A stretch of DNA of 64,000 nucleotides, taken from the NCBI GenBank assembly GCA_038890615.1, contig JAWAFI010000001.1, forward strand, positions 227,836 through 291,835, given 5' to 3'. A program made the translations under genes and the position numbers. Of this stretch, positions 8,886 to 18,252 are shown piece by piece; the stretch's first letter is position 1; each line of letters opens with the position of its first letter. A model generated the notes under the pieces. The model was not told the origin of the DNA and made no database searches. It worked only from the letters and a program-made list of their open reading frames with translations. Origin of the DNA: Candidatus Anstonellales archaeon. Lineage in GTDB: Archaea > Micrarchaeota > Micrarchaeia > Anstonellales > J096.

Positions 8886-9443
8886 ATGGCCCAAAAGAAA
8901 GAGATCAAATACACAGTAACCAACATGGTTGCCACTGTTTTTTTAGGAATGGACCTTGACCTTTTTTCGATAGCCCAAAAGATAAAGGAGGTTGAGTATG
9001 AGCCAGAGCAGTTCCCAGGGGCTATCCTTAGGTTCAAGGATCCAAAGGCAACCTTCCTGCTTTTCAAGAATGGAAAATCAGTGTGTGTTGGCTGCAAGAA
9101 CAGGACGCTCATAAAAAGGGCTGTTGAGAAAGCCACTTCACTCCTAAGAAAGCATGCAAGAAAGATACACAGGGTAAAGCCAAAGATAGTGATAACCAAC
9201 ATGGTTGCTTCTGCTGACATAAACCTTAAGGTGGACCTTTACAGGATTGCTTATGAGCTCAAGGAGGTTGAGTACGAGCCAGAGCAGTTCCCAGGGGCTA
9301 TAGTTAAATTCAGGGATCCCAAGGCATCCCTTCTGCTTTTCAAGAACGGAAGGGTTATATGCGCAGGAGCCAAGACAAGGAAAGAGATAGAAGAGACTCT
9401 TGTTAAGGCAAGGGGCTTGCTGCAGAAGTATGAATCAAAGTAA
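8886..9443 (+). CDS. tbp: TATA-box binding protein
   Basis: Two repeats of TNMVA...YEPEQFPG...LLFKNG. Confidence 0.95.
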   Translation: MAQKKEIKYTVTNMVATVFLGMDLDLFSIAQKIKEVEYEPEQFPGAILRFKDPKATFLLFKNGKSVCVGCKNRTLIKRAVEKATSLLRKHARKIHRVKPKIVITNMVASADINLKVDLYRIAYELKEVEYEPEQFPGAIVKFRDPKASLLLFKNGRVICAGAKTRKEIEETLVKARGLLQKYESK

Positions 9444-9735
9444 AGTTAAGGAAGAGGTGCTTGAAAGGCTTTCAAAGGTAATTGATGCAGAGGTAGGCAT
9501 AAGCATAGTTGATTTAGGCCTAATTTATGGGATTGAATACAGCGAGAAGCAGAACAAGGTGTTTGTCAAGTTTACCCTTACAACCCCTGCCTGCCCCTTG
9601 GCCAATACTATAATAGAGGACATGAAGCGCGCTTTGGAAGACCTGCCTTATGATGTGGAGCTACACTTGGTTTGGGAGCCGATGTGGAACCCTAGCATGA
9701 TAAGCGAGGAGGGGAAGCGCAGGTTAAGGATATAA
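9430..9735 (+). CDS. DUF59 (SufT/PaaD-like) metal-sulfur cluster assembly factor
   Basis: VIDAEVGISIVDLGLIY, TLTTPACP, VWEPMW. Confidence 0.9.
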   Translation: MNQSKVKEEVLERLSKVIDAEVGISIVDLGLIYGIEYSEKQNKVFVKFTLTTPACPLANTIIEDMKRALEDLPYDVELHLVWEPMWNPSMISEEGKRRLRI

Positions 9736-9753
9736 AGGGCATTGCTGAATTGG

Positions 9754-9808
9754 AAGCGATGATGAGCTCGGTTTTCTGACCAGTGATGATAACCTGGAGC
9801 GCTGAACT
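9754..9808 (+). ncRNA. Box C/D guide sRNA
   Basis: C box ATGATGA 9759-9765, D' CTGA 9776-9779, C' GTGATGA 9783-9789, D CTGA 9802-9805; intergenic; TATAAA at 9731-9736. Confidence 0.85.
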
Positions 9809-11601
9809 TAATGCCCTTCAAAGAACTTTCTTATCTCATAATCAGGGGCATCTGAAAGTATGAACCTCTGGTCCTTTGGAAGGAGCTTGAGGTAATTTTT
9901 CCACATAAGGCGCTCTTCCATGAAAACAGCAACAGCCCTGTCGCTCTCCTTCCTTATGGCCCTTCCTGCTGCCTGCAATGACTTTATAACCGCAGGATAG
10001 AGATAGGCGTAGTCCCAGCCCTTCCCAAATTTCTTGTTGTAGTATTCTATCATCAGCTCAACTTCCAGCGACATCTTGCTGAGCGGAAGCCCTACAATCA
10101 CAGCAACCTTTATTTCTCCGTTGCTGAAATCAACCCCTTCGCTCAATGAACCACCTTGCACGCAGCAAAGAACGCTCTTCTCTTCCTTGAAGCGCTTTAT
10201 AAGCTGCTTTACCTCCTCTGCGCCCATTGCCCTTTTCTGGACTATTGCGTTCGGGATTAAAGCATGCTTGAGCACACCTTCCATAACTTCGTATGAAGGG
10301 AAGAAAAGGGCTATGTTGCTCCCTATCGCCCTATGTATCTTCTCTATTAGGGAGGCATATTTTTTGTATTCGCTGTCGTTCCTCCTGCTGTATTTGGTTG
10401 TCACGCCGCGCACAACTACATTCAGACGGTTCTCTGCCTTGAAAGGCGAATTATATGCCCTCAGCATTGCCCTATGCTTTTCAATGCCCAGTACCTCTGC
10501 ATGCATATCCAGAGGCAGGAAGGTGCCGCTCATCAAAACAGCAGCATGCGCCTTGTTCAGTATGGCTGTACTTATGGAAGGGTCAAGAAGCTTCCTGCTC
10601 AAGCTGAATCCCTTCTCTCTCCTTTTGAGAATAGTAGCAAACCTATTGTCCCCTTCGTTGAAATTTTCGAAAAATGCAAACATGCGCAAGGAGGCGCTGT
10701 TGCCCCCACTTTTTTCTACTGACATCTGGCCTATGTGCTCAAGAAGGCCAAGGGCATCCTCATCAATAACAAAAGGGAATTCAGCAACGCTCTCGTTTCC
10801 CTTGCAGGTCTTTTCTGCCCAGCTGTCAAAACCCTCCTGGGAAAGCACAGGGTCAAAGCCGAGCATCTCTGCTTCCTTCTCGTGCCTTGCTATTGTGAAA
10901 GAGGTTATCGTGCGGGATAGCGTGCTCCTTATCCTTTCTGCTAGGTTGTGTGCCTCATCAACTATTATTATTCCTGACTCAATGTCCTTTCCGCTCCTGC
11001 CTAGGAAGGATTCCCTTATGCCTGGAAGGAAAATGTGGAAGTAATCAGCTATTATCACATCAGCATCTCGCGCAGCTGACATGAGCCACTCATAAGAGCA
11101 GGTGCGCTCTTTTTTTGCTTCCTCAAACGCCTCTGGCTGGCTCCACACAACCTTTATATGTCTGGAAAGCAATTCATAAGCAAGCCTCTGTTCCTCGCTG
11201 GTGTAGCCCCTTGCCCTCCTGAAGTAATCGCATGTCTCCTCTTTTACCCTCAGCTTGCATATTGGGTAGAAGTCATCATGCTCAAGCTTAGATATGAATG
11301 GGTCTGTGCAGCAGTGCCTCTTGCCTATTATGTCCACTGCCTTTATCCTCTTTCCGTATTTCTTGTTTATGCCGTCAACAACAGAAAGGGCTATTGCATG
11401 CTGTGATATTTTAGGGGTAAGGAAGAACAGCGTTTTGCCATTTTCGTAAGCGTATTCTATTGCGCCTCCTATTGAGGCATCTGTTTTCCCCATGCCTGTT
11501 GGGGCATGGGCAAGCAGTATTTTGCCATTTACTGCTGCATGTTCAACATCGCGAAGCAGCGAATCCTGGTGCTTCCTTATGTGCTCGTGCCTGAAAAGCA
11601 T
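9808..11601 (-). CDS. xpd: XPD/Rad3/DinG Fe-S DNA helicase
   Basis: APTGMGKT, Fe-S cysteines, DEAH, SEGVDF, QAAGRAIR. Confidence 0.9.
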   Translation of the reverse strand: MLFRHEHIRKHQDSLLRDVEHAAVNGKILLAHAPTGMGKTDASIGGAIEYAYENGKTLFFLTPKISQHAIALSVVDGINKKYGKRIKAVDIIGKRHCCTDPFISKLEHDDFYPICKLRVKEETCDYFRRARGYTSEEQRLAYELLSRHIKVVWSQPEAFEEAKKERTCSYEWLMSAARDADVIIADYFHIFLPGIRESFLGRSGKDIESGIIIVDEAHNLAERIRSTLSRTITSFTIARHEKEAEMLGFDPVLSQEGFDSWAEKTCKGNESVAEFPFVIDEDALGLLEHIGQMSVEKSGGNSASLRMFAFFENFNEGDNRFATILKRREKGFSLSRKLLDPSISTAILNKAHAAVLMSGTFLPLDMHAEVLGIEKHRAMLRAYNSPFKAENRLNVVVRGVTTKYSRRNDSEYKKYASLIEKIHRAIGSNIALFFPSYEVMEGVLKHALIPNAIVQKRAMGAEEVKQLIKRFKEEKSVLCCVQGGSLSEGVDFSNGEIKVAVIVGLPLSKMSLEVELMIEYYNKKFGKGWDYAYLYPAVIKSLQAAGRAIRKESDRAVAVFMEERLMWKNYLKLLPKDQRFILSDAPDYEIRKFFEGH

Positions 11602-11652
11602 TGGATATAAGCGGTGTACCAGCTTTTAAACCGTTGGGGGGCTAAAGCGCCG

Positions 11653-12171
11653 CTACTTGCTCAGCACCTTACCTAAGAGGTGGCCCAACAAGGTGAGAAT
11701 AGGGCCTAGGATTATGCCAACTATTGCAACAAGAAGGGCCATTGCAGTGCCAAACCCTACTCCAATCATAGCCCCAATCCCTCCTACCAGCATGCCTACT
11801 GCCTTGTCATCAGATCCAAGGGTTGTTGATACCCCTCCCAATGCTGCGCCTATTATTGTAAGCAAGAATGTGCCTAAAAAGTGGAGTATTTCATATGGAA
11901 TGCTTACAATAAAGCCTGCAATAAGGCTGTCTGTCCATGCAAAGCCAAGGTTGGTCTTTGCGTTGTAGCCCATCCATATGTATACTGCTATTGTGATGAG
12001 CGCCATGATTCCGAGCCAAAGGAGGCTAAGGATCCCTCCAGCCACATTGATGACAGGTATTGCGCCCACAAAAGCGCCAATGATGCCAAGGACAAAGTTC
12101 ACTATCAGAAGCACTACAAGAATCCCAAAAGGGAGCTTTATTGCATCCCCATATTTTCCAAACATAAGCAC
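11653..12171 (-). CDS. Hydrophobic four-TM protein (paralog 1)
   Basis: Four TMs; shares VYIWMGxNAK...GFAWxD..IAG with the neighbouring gene. Confidence 0.7.
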   Translation of the reverse strand: MLMFGKYGDAIKLPFGILVVLLIVNFVLGIIGAFVGAIPVINVAGGILSLLWLGIMALITIAVYIWMGYNAKTNLGFAWTDSLIAGFIVSIPYEILHFLGTFLLTIIGAALGGVSTTLGSDDKAVGMLVGGIGAMIGVGFGTAMALLVAIVGIILGPILTLLGHLLGKVLSK

Positions 12172-12253
12172 ACCGCTTTTTTAAGGAAAGCATTGGCTTT
12201 AAAACATGATGGTTAAGGATAGGAGGGAAGAAGGTTAAGTTAAGAGGTTAAGC

Positions 12254-12703
12254 TCAGAAGAACCTTGCAAGGAAGTGGCCTATTAGGGCTAATATTGCCC
12301 CCATTATTGCGCCAATCACAAGTGCTATGATGCTCGCTACTAGGACCATTGCAATCCCTGCAAGGGCCACTCCTACATTGCCTCCAACAACGCCCTGCAC
12401 GACTAGGGTAATTATTGCAAGCACTAAGCCAACGACCCCAACAAGAACCCCTGTTATGGCGCCTGCAATTCCTGTGTCCATCCAGGCAAAGCCGTGCTCC
12501 TTCTTTGCGTTTCTGCCCATCCAGATGTAGACGACTATGTTGATGATGGAGATAAGAAGACTTACGATTCCTGTTATTGCTGCAATCGCTTCTCCAAGGA
12601 AAATACCTAGAAGGCCCAAAAGAAAGCTGAGAAGGGCCAGCCCCACTAGGTACATAAGAGGGGTCTTCATTACAGGCATGTACTTGTCAAACATATTGAC
12701 CAC
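12254..12703 (-). CDS. Hydrophobic four-TM protein (paralog 2)
   Basis: Four TMs; paralog of 11653-12171. Confidence 0.7.
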   Translation of the reverse strand: MVNMFDKYMPVMKTPLMYLVGLALLSFLLGLLGIFLGEAIAAITGIVSLLISIINIVVYIWMGRNAKKEHGFAWMDTGIAGAITGVLVGVVGLVLAIITLVVQGVVGGNVGVALAGIAMVLVASIIALVIGAIMGAILALIGHFLARFF

Positions 12704-12762
12704 ACGTTAAACCATGATGGCAGGGTTTAAAATCCTTGCGGTAATATGCTCAAAAGCAGAGC

Positions 12763-13287
12763 TCATACCTCTTTCTCTTTTACCCCGGCCTTGCTGTTTT
12801 CCTCTATTGCTAAGTAATACAAGTAATCCGAAAGCCTGTTCATGTATTGGAGTACAACAGCTTTCCCAGTAACTTCAAGCTCCTTAAGAGCTGAAACAAT
12901 GCGCCTTTCTGCCCTCCTGCTCACTGCCCTTGCTATGTGGAGAAGAGCCCCCTGCTTTGTGCCCCCTGGCACAATGAAGCTCGTTATCCTGTGCTTTGAG
13001 GAAAGCTCCTTTGCCCTCTGCTCAAGCCACTCTGGGTCTAAGGAGGGCTCCTTAACTGCTTCTGCTGTTGGGACTGTTGCGAGGTAGGTGCCCAGCGAAA
13101 AAAGCTCCTGTTGGACTTTTTCCACTTCATCCTTTTCAGCGCCCTTCATGTATGCTGCTGCAAGCCCTAAGATTGAGTTTAGCTCATCCAGAGCCCCTAT
13201 AGCATCCATAATAGGATCGTCCTTCCAAACCTCCTTGTTGCCTATTACTTGGGTCTTGCCCTTGTCCCCTTTTTTTGTCAAGCCCAT
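12763..13287 (-). CDS. pduO: PduO-type cob(I)alamin adenosyltransferase
   Basis: TKKGDKGKT, GALDELNS, ARAVSRRAER, YMNRLSDYLY. Confidence 0.9.
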   Translation of the reverse strand: MGLTKKGDKGKTQVIGNKEVWKDDPIMDAIGALDELNSILGLAAAYMKGAEKDEVEKVQQELFSLGTYLATVPTAEAVKEPSLDPEWLEQRAKELSSKHRITSFIVPGGTKQGALLHIARAVSRRAERRIVSALKELEVTGKAVVLQYMNRLSDYLYYLAIEENSKAGVKEKEV

Positions 13288-13293
13288 AGCGAT

Positions 13294-13554
13294 CTAGCCA
13301 CTTTGCCACCTTTTCAGTGTCTTGAGCTTCTCTTCAACAACCTCCTTTGCCTCCTTTTTGCCAACCCCCATCTCTTTGACAAGGTGATTGGCAACCTTTT
13401 CCACCATCTCTTCAAACTCAAGCGCCTCTGTGAATTCGCCATCCATGTAGCAGCGCTTGCAGTAGTCAGGGCTGAAAGTGCCGTCTTTTTCAGTGCCATT
13501 GTCCCCTTGCACCATAGGCATCCCGCAGCTCTGGCAAACTCCTCCACCGATCAT
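13294..13554 (-). CDS. Putative zinc-ribbon protein
   Basis: CQSCGMPM...GTEKDG...YCKRCY...LKRW. Confidence 0.8.
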   Translation of the reverse strand: MIGGGVCQSCGMPMVQGDNGTEKDGTFSPDYCKRCYMDGEFTEALEFEEMVEKVANHLVKEMGVGKKEAKEVVEEKLKTLKRWQSG

Positions 13555-13608
13555 CCGCCCACCAAAATTAGAACCAAAAGGCCCTTTTTAAGTGTTTGCC
13601 TTGGCTGC

Positions 13609-15447
13609 TCATTTCCTCAAAGAAGCACCTGCAAGCAGGGTGAAGAAAGCACCATAAGCAGCAAGCGCCAGCAATGGGCTTGGCTGGAAGGAGGCATAAA
13701 GGATGGCTGATTGCATGCTTATCACTGCCTGCGAAAGAGGCATTGCCATCCCTATGAAAGAGATTATAGAAGGCATGAATTCAAAAGGAAAGAGGAGACC
13801 GCTCAGGAATAACAGGGGAAGGCCAACTACCAAAGAGGCAAGGAATGCAGTAGATTCAGAATCAGAATGGATGGCTATGAGCACGCCCAATGCGCAGAAT
13901 GTGAAAACTAGCAGAGCCATTGTCTGGGCCACCATTGACCAAGCTCCAATGTCAAGCAGTGGGAATGCTCCATAGGCAATGGAAGCAACAAGGGAAAGCA
14001 GGAGCGCTTCAGGGATAAGCACAATTGTGTAGCTTAGCGCTTTTGTTGCAGCGAATTCGAAGGGGTTTACCTGCGCTGCATAGATGCGCATAAGTGTCCC
14101 AATTTGCTTCTCGCGCACTAATGCAATTGAGGAAAGGAAGAGCGCAACAAACATCATTATCAGCGGAAGCAAAGATGGAAGCATGAACCCAAAGAACTGG
14201 CGCTCCCCGAAAATGTAGCTAGTGGATATGAGCATTGGGGAAATGACGAATGAAGGCGAGCGGGAGGTTATCTCTGCAATCTGCGCCCTGCTTGAGGTTA
14301 TTATGTTTTCTAGGTAGTAAGTTTTCTCTTCAATCTCATTAAGCGAAGAATTCACTTCAGCGATTGTCTCCAATGCAGAGATGCGGTTCTGCTCAAGCTC
14401 ATCAACAAAGTTGAGCATGCTTGCAACCTTCAGCTCAGCGTCGTATGTGCTGTTGCGTGCAGAGTATATGCGTGCCTTGAACACCTGTATTGTCTCATTT
14501 GCCTCTGCAAGGTTTTGCTTGGCTGCGCGCACTCTCTCCAGCCGAGTTTCAACAGCAAGCTTCGAGTCGTTTACTTTTGATTCAAGAGAAGAGAGAGAAA
14601 GGCAGTAGGCATAGTAGAGCGGGTCGCTGCAGTTTATGCCTGCATGCATAAGGGAGATTGTCAAGCTAGCTCCTGATAAGGTTTCGTTTATCTGGGCAAG
14701 GTCTGCCTCTGTCTGCTCAAGCTCTACAGCATAATCAGCAAAATCAGATTCTATTTCAGTAAGGTTGCCTTCTGCTTCATCAAGGACCTGTTGGGTTTCA
14801 TATATGGAGGAGTTTGCAATGTATATCTCTTCTCTTACCCCGCTTATGTTCAGAGAGCTAAGCGAATTAGCAGTTGCAGCAAGCCTTGCCCTCATGCTGC
14901 GCACCCTTTGCCTTGTTTCATTTATCCCAGAGCTTAGCCCCTCAAGCTTGGCGCTTGCATCATCAAGCTTTGCCCAAACAGAAAGTATGAAGCCTTCGCC
15001 TATGTGCTGGTCTGTCTCCTGCACTGCTGCTTTTATGAAGGCCTCCACAGTAGGGGAAACTTGGAAGCGCGAGTTGTCAACTATAAGGGCTATTTTTTGG
15101 GTTTTCCCTTCCATAATCCCCTGCTCAAAGCCATTGGGTATTACAATGCCTGCAGCAAGCTTTCCATCCTTTATGTCCTTTTCCAGCAGGTAAGCGCATG
15201 AAGAGTTGCCTATGTATTCAACTGCCTCGCTTGAGTCCTTTATGCCGCTTATGAAGAGCTGGGAGGCATTGCTGTTGTCAAGGTCGCATATGCCTATGGC
15301 GCTCCTTCCAACCTGCGCAAGGCTCCCGCTGAAAACTGCCCCAAGGATAAAAAGTATTAAGAGAGGGGCAACTGCCATAAGCATCAGTGTCTTTGCCTCG
15401 CGCATGAACTGCTTTGAGTCCTTTTCTATCTCACTTATTATGTTCAA
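13609..15447 (-). CDS. ABC-2 type transporter permease with a long extracellular coiled coil (YhgE/Pip-like)
   Basis: One N-terminal TM, long heptad region, five C-terminal TMs, REKQIGTLMRI, LSGLLFP. Confidence 0.8.
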   Translation of the reverse strand: MNIISEIEKDSKQFMREAKTLMLMAVAPLLILFILGAVFSGSLAQVGRSAIGICDLDNSNASQLFISGIKDSSEAVEYIGNSSCAYLLEKDIKDGKLAAGIVIPNGFEQGIMEGKTQKIALIVDNSRFQVSPTVEAFIKAAVQETDQHIGEGFILSVWAKLDDASAKLEGLSSGINETRQRVRSMRARLAATANSLSSLNISGVREEIYIANSSIYETQQVLDEAEGNLTEIESDFADYAVELEQTEADLAQINETLSGASLTISLMHAGINCSDPLYYAYCLSLSSLESKVNDSKLAVETRLERVRAAKQNLAEANETIQVFKARIYSARNSTYDAELKVASMLNFVDELEQNRISALETIAEVNSSLNEIEEKTYYLENIITSSRAQIAEITSRSPSFVISPMLISTSYIFGERQFFGFMLPSLLPLIMMFVALFLSSIALVREKQIGTLMRIYAAQVNPFEFAATKALSYTIVLIPEALLLSLVASIAYGAFPLLDIGAWSMVAQTMALLVFTFCALGVLIAIHSDSESTAFLASLVVGLPLLFLSGLLFPFEFMPSIISFIGMAMPLSQAVISMQSAILYASFQPSPLLALAAYGAFFTLLAGASLRK

Positions 15448-16387
15448 CTGCGCTCGCCTCCCTTAGCTTTGAGCCAGTTAGCTTTAGGAAAACATCCTCA
15501 AGCGATGGCTTGGATATGGAAAGCTCTACGATCGTTTCCCCATTTTCCTTAAGGGCCTTTGAGATTTCAGCCATATGAAGGCCTATCTCCTTCCCTTCTA
15601 TGACCATGCCGTGCTCGGTTGCAGTTACGCTTTCAACCCCTTTTATGCCTTTTATGAGCTTAATGAGCTCCTTCGGAGATCCAGGCACTGATTTTAGCTT
15701 GGCTATCTCCCTTCCAACCATCTTCTTGAGCTCATCTAATGTCCCCTCAGCTACAAGCTTGCCTGAATTCACAAAAGCAATCCTATTGCAGAGCGCCTCT
15801 GCTTCTTCCATGTAATGGGTTGTAAGTATTAGGGTGGCTTTGGCATCAGCAACCACCTTTTTCATTGTCTCCCACATGCTTATCCTTGTGGCAGGGTCAA
15901 GCCCTGTTGTAGGCTCGTCAAGGATTATTACCTTTGGGCTATGCATCAATGCGCATGCCAAGCTAAGGCGCCTTTTCATTCCTCCGCTAAGGAACTGCGA
16001 AGTGGTGTCTTTCTTTTCGCTCAGCCCAAGGCTTTCAAGGAGGAAAGCAGCGCGCTCCCTTGCCTCCTTGCCCTCTATTCCGTAGAGTGAGCCAAAGTAG
16101 AGGAGGTTCTCCATGCAGGAAAGAAGGGGGTAAATAGCATTCTCCTGAGGAGCAATCCCTATCTGCCTCCTTAACTCAGGGCATGCCTCCCTGCCGAAGA
16201 TTTTTAGAGTTCCTAAGTCCTGCCTTTCCAAGCCAGCCACTATCCTTATGAAGGTGCTCTTGCCTGCCCCGTTTGGCCCAAGGAGGCCGAAAACCTCCCC
16301 TCTTCTCACCTTCAAGGAAAACCTGGAAAGCGCAACCTTGTTCTTGTATGTCCTTGAAAGGCCTTCAGCCTCAATGGCGTATTCCAC
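15431..16387 (-). CDS. ABC transporter ATP-binding protein
   Basis: GPNGAGKST, LSGGMKRR, ILDEPT, TTHYMEEA. Confidence 0.95.
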   Translation of the reverse strand: MEYAIEAEGLSRTYKNKVALSRFSLKVRRGEVFGLLGPNGAGKSTFIRIVAGLERQDLGTLKIFGREACPELRRQIGIAPQENAIYPLLSCMENLLYFGSLYGIEGKEARERAAFLLESLGLSEKKDTTSQFLSGGMKRRLSLACALMHSPKVIILDEPTTGLDPATRISMWETMKKVVADAKATLILTTHYMEEAEALCNRIAFVNSGKLVAEGTLDELKKMVGREIAKLKSVPGSPKELIKLIKGIKGVESVTATEHGMVIEGKEIGLHMAEISKALKENGETIVELSISKPSLEDVFLKLTGSKLREASAVEHNK

Positions 16388-16410
16388 AGGTTAGAAACTC
16401 GCCTGCATTT

Positions 16411-16857
16411 TTAAATCCTTTTGTAAATGGGCCTAACCTTCTCCCATTTTTCAACAGGGCCATTGCGCACAATGAAAATAGGGTGTGGCTCTATTTTATT
16501 TACTCTGCTTAGCTCTGCGAGCTTCCTTTTGTCCCTTCTGGCAAGCTTTGCTTTCAGGTGGGCAAACTCATACTCAATCTGCCCCCTGCTTACTGCTATT
16601 CTTCCTTTGGATTTTCTCCCTATCTTGCGCCCATCGAATGAGTAGCCCCTGCCCATTGCCTCCTTGTGTATGAAGTGCAGGTAAAGGTTGAGCATGCCAA
16701 CAGGGTCTTTTTTTGAGATGAACCTTAAGGGCTGGGGGTGGTTGGCGTAGCCCTTGCTCTTTCCCTCAAGCACTGCCTTTGCCAAAAGTGCCTCTCTCCA
16801 AAGGGCAGTGAGCCCTTTTGCATCAAGGTACTTTGGGTGTATGCTCCAAAGCCGCAT
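16411..16857 (-). CDS. Pyrimidine dimer DNA glycosylase / T4 endonuclease V-like protein
   Basis: MRLWSIHPKYLDAKGLTALWREALLA...GYANHPQ. Confidence 0.85.
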   Translation of the reverse strand: MRLWSIHPKYLDAKGLTALWREALLAKAVLEGKSKGYANHPQPLRFISKKDPVGMLNLYLHFIHKEAMGRGYSFDGRKIGRKSKGRIAVSRGQIEYEFAHLKAKLARRDKRKLAELSRVNKIEPHPIFIVRNGPVEKWEKVRPIYKRI

Positions 16858-16896
16858 AAGATATAGCAACTAATTTTAACCTTACTATTTTTCTAT

Positions 16897-18252
16897 ATGG
16901 CACGAAGAATATACATCCTTGAAGGATTTCCTGAGGAGATAATAGCAGTTGCATTCGCAAAAACGAGCAGGAGCCCTGACCCATTTGACCAGACAGCAAA
17001 GGAGCTTAATGATGACAAGGCGCGGCAGTTCCATGAGAGGTGGGTGGTAGGCTATGGCCACTCGAGCGTTGCAGAGCATGCAGTGCTTCATATAGCAATG
17101 GAAGGGGTAAGCAGGCTTGCAGTGGAAAGGATAGAATCAGCAAGATTGGCTTCCTATACTGAAAAAAGCACACGCTACCAAACCATCACAAAAGACTCCT
17201 TCTTATTCCCTGAGGAGTTTTCAGGGAAGTATGACAAGCAGTATGAGGAGTTCATAGACTTCGTGTATAGGGCTTATTCAGAAAGCCTTGATGCTTTTAT
17301 ACCTTATTTCAAGGAGAGGATGCAAAAGAAGGAAGGGGAGCAGGACAAGGCCTATGAAATAAGGGTAAGGGCCGCATCACTTGACAGGGCAAGATTCCTC
17401 CTGACAAACTCAATGCTTGCAAATGTAGGCATGACAGTTAATGCAAGGGAATTGGAGAGATGCCTTGTGAAGCTGCTTTCTTCCAATGTCAAGGAGGTAA
17501 GGGATATAGCAGAGGAGATTAAAAGGGAAGCGCTAAAGGCAACCCCAACCCTTGTGAAGTATGCAAACCCAAGTGCTTATATTCAGGAATGCGAAGCGCA
17601 CTACTTTGCAATACATAGGGAAGAAAGGAGCGGAAATGCAGAGCCAGTTAGGCTTATGCATTACACAAGGGACGGGGTGATAAGGGTCATTGCTGCAATA
17701 ATGTTCAGGCATTCTGGGCTGGATTATGAGCAGTGCTACAAGAAGGCAATGGCAATGACTGCTGAAGAGAGGAAAAGCTACCTAAGCAAGGCGCTTTCAG
17801 TTGGGAGCTTTGACACCCCTGTAAGGGAGCTTGAGCAATCTTCTTATACCTTTGAGCTTGTGATGGATGAAGGGGCTTTCTGCGAATTCAAGAGACACAG
17901 GATACTGTCTCCTGTATACCAAAAGCCTTCTGCACTGCTTGGCTACTACATGCCAAAGGAGTTTGCGGAGGTTGGAAAAGAAGGGCTTTTCAGGGAAGCA
18001 ATGGAGCGCTCTGAAGGGCTTTACAAAGAAATAGAAAAGGAGATGCCTGAGCAGGCTGAGTATGCCATAACCAATGCCCATAATAGGAGGGTCTTAGTCA
18101 CCATGAACGCAAGGGAGCTCTACCATTATATAAGGCTAAGGGCCTCTCCTGCGGCGCACTTCACAATAAGGGAGATTACGCAGAAGATGCATGAGGAGCT
18201 GAAGAAGATGCACCCGGAGATCTTTGAGCCCCTTAAGCCAAGGGAGAAGTAA
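16897..18252 (+). CDS. thyX: FAD-dependent thymidylate synthase, long tandem-domain form
   Basis: GYGHSSVAEH, SYTEKSTRY, second domain KRHR and MNARELYHYIRLR. Confidence 0.85.
   Translation: MARRIYILEGFPEEIIAVAFAKTSRSPDPFDQTAKELNDDKARQFHERWVVGYGHSSVAEHAVLHIAMEGVSRLAVERIESARLASYTEKSTRYQTITKDSFLFPEEFSGKYDKQYEEFIDFVYRAYSESLDAFIPYFKERMQKKEGEQDKAYEIRVRAASLDRARFLLTNSMLANVGMTVNARELERCLVKLLSSNVKEVRDIAEEIKREALKATPTLVKYANPSAYIQECEAHYFAIHREERSGNAEPVRLMHYTRDGVIRVIAAIMFRHSGLDYEQCYKKAMAMTAEERKSYLSKALSVGSFDTPVRELEQSSYTFELVMDEGAFCEFKRHRILSPVYQKPSALLGYYMPKEFAEVGKEGLFREAMERSEGLYKEIEKEMPEQAEYAITNAHNRRVLVTMNARELYHYIRLRASPAAHFTIREITQKMHEELKKMHPEIFEPLKPREK

Noticed and set aside
10076..11044. Long antisense ORFs (e.g. 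828-1487, 10076-11044, 21678-22322, 54530-55216)
   Set aside because: They are Ser/Leu/Phe-rich shadows of well-supported genes on the opposite strand and have no motifs of their own.
12212..12252. GGTTAAG-rich short repeats, with a similar tract at about 41892-41915
   Set aside because: Both lie just downstream of minus-strand stops and are pyrimidine-rich on that strand. They are most simply terminator-like tracts and too short to support more.
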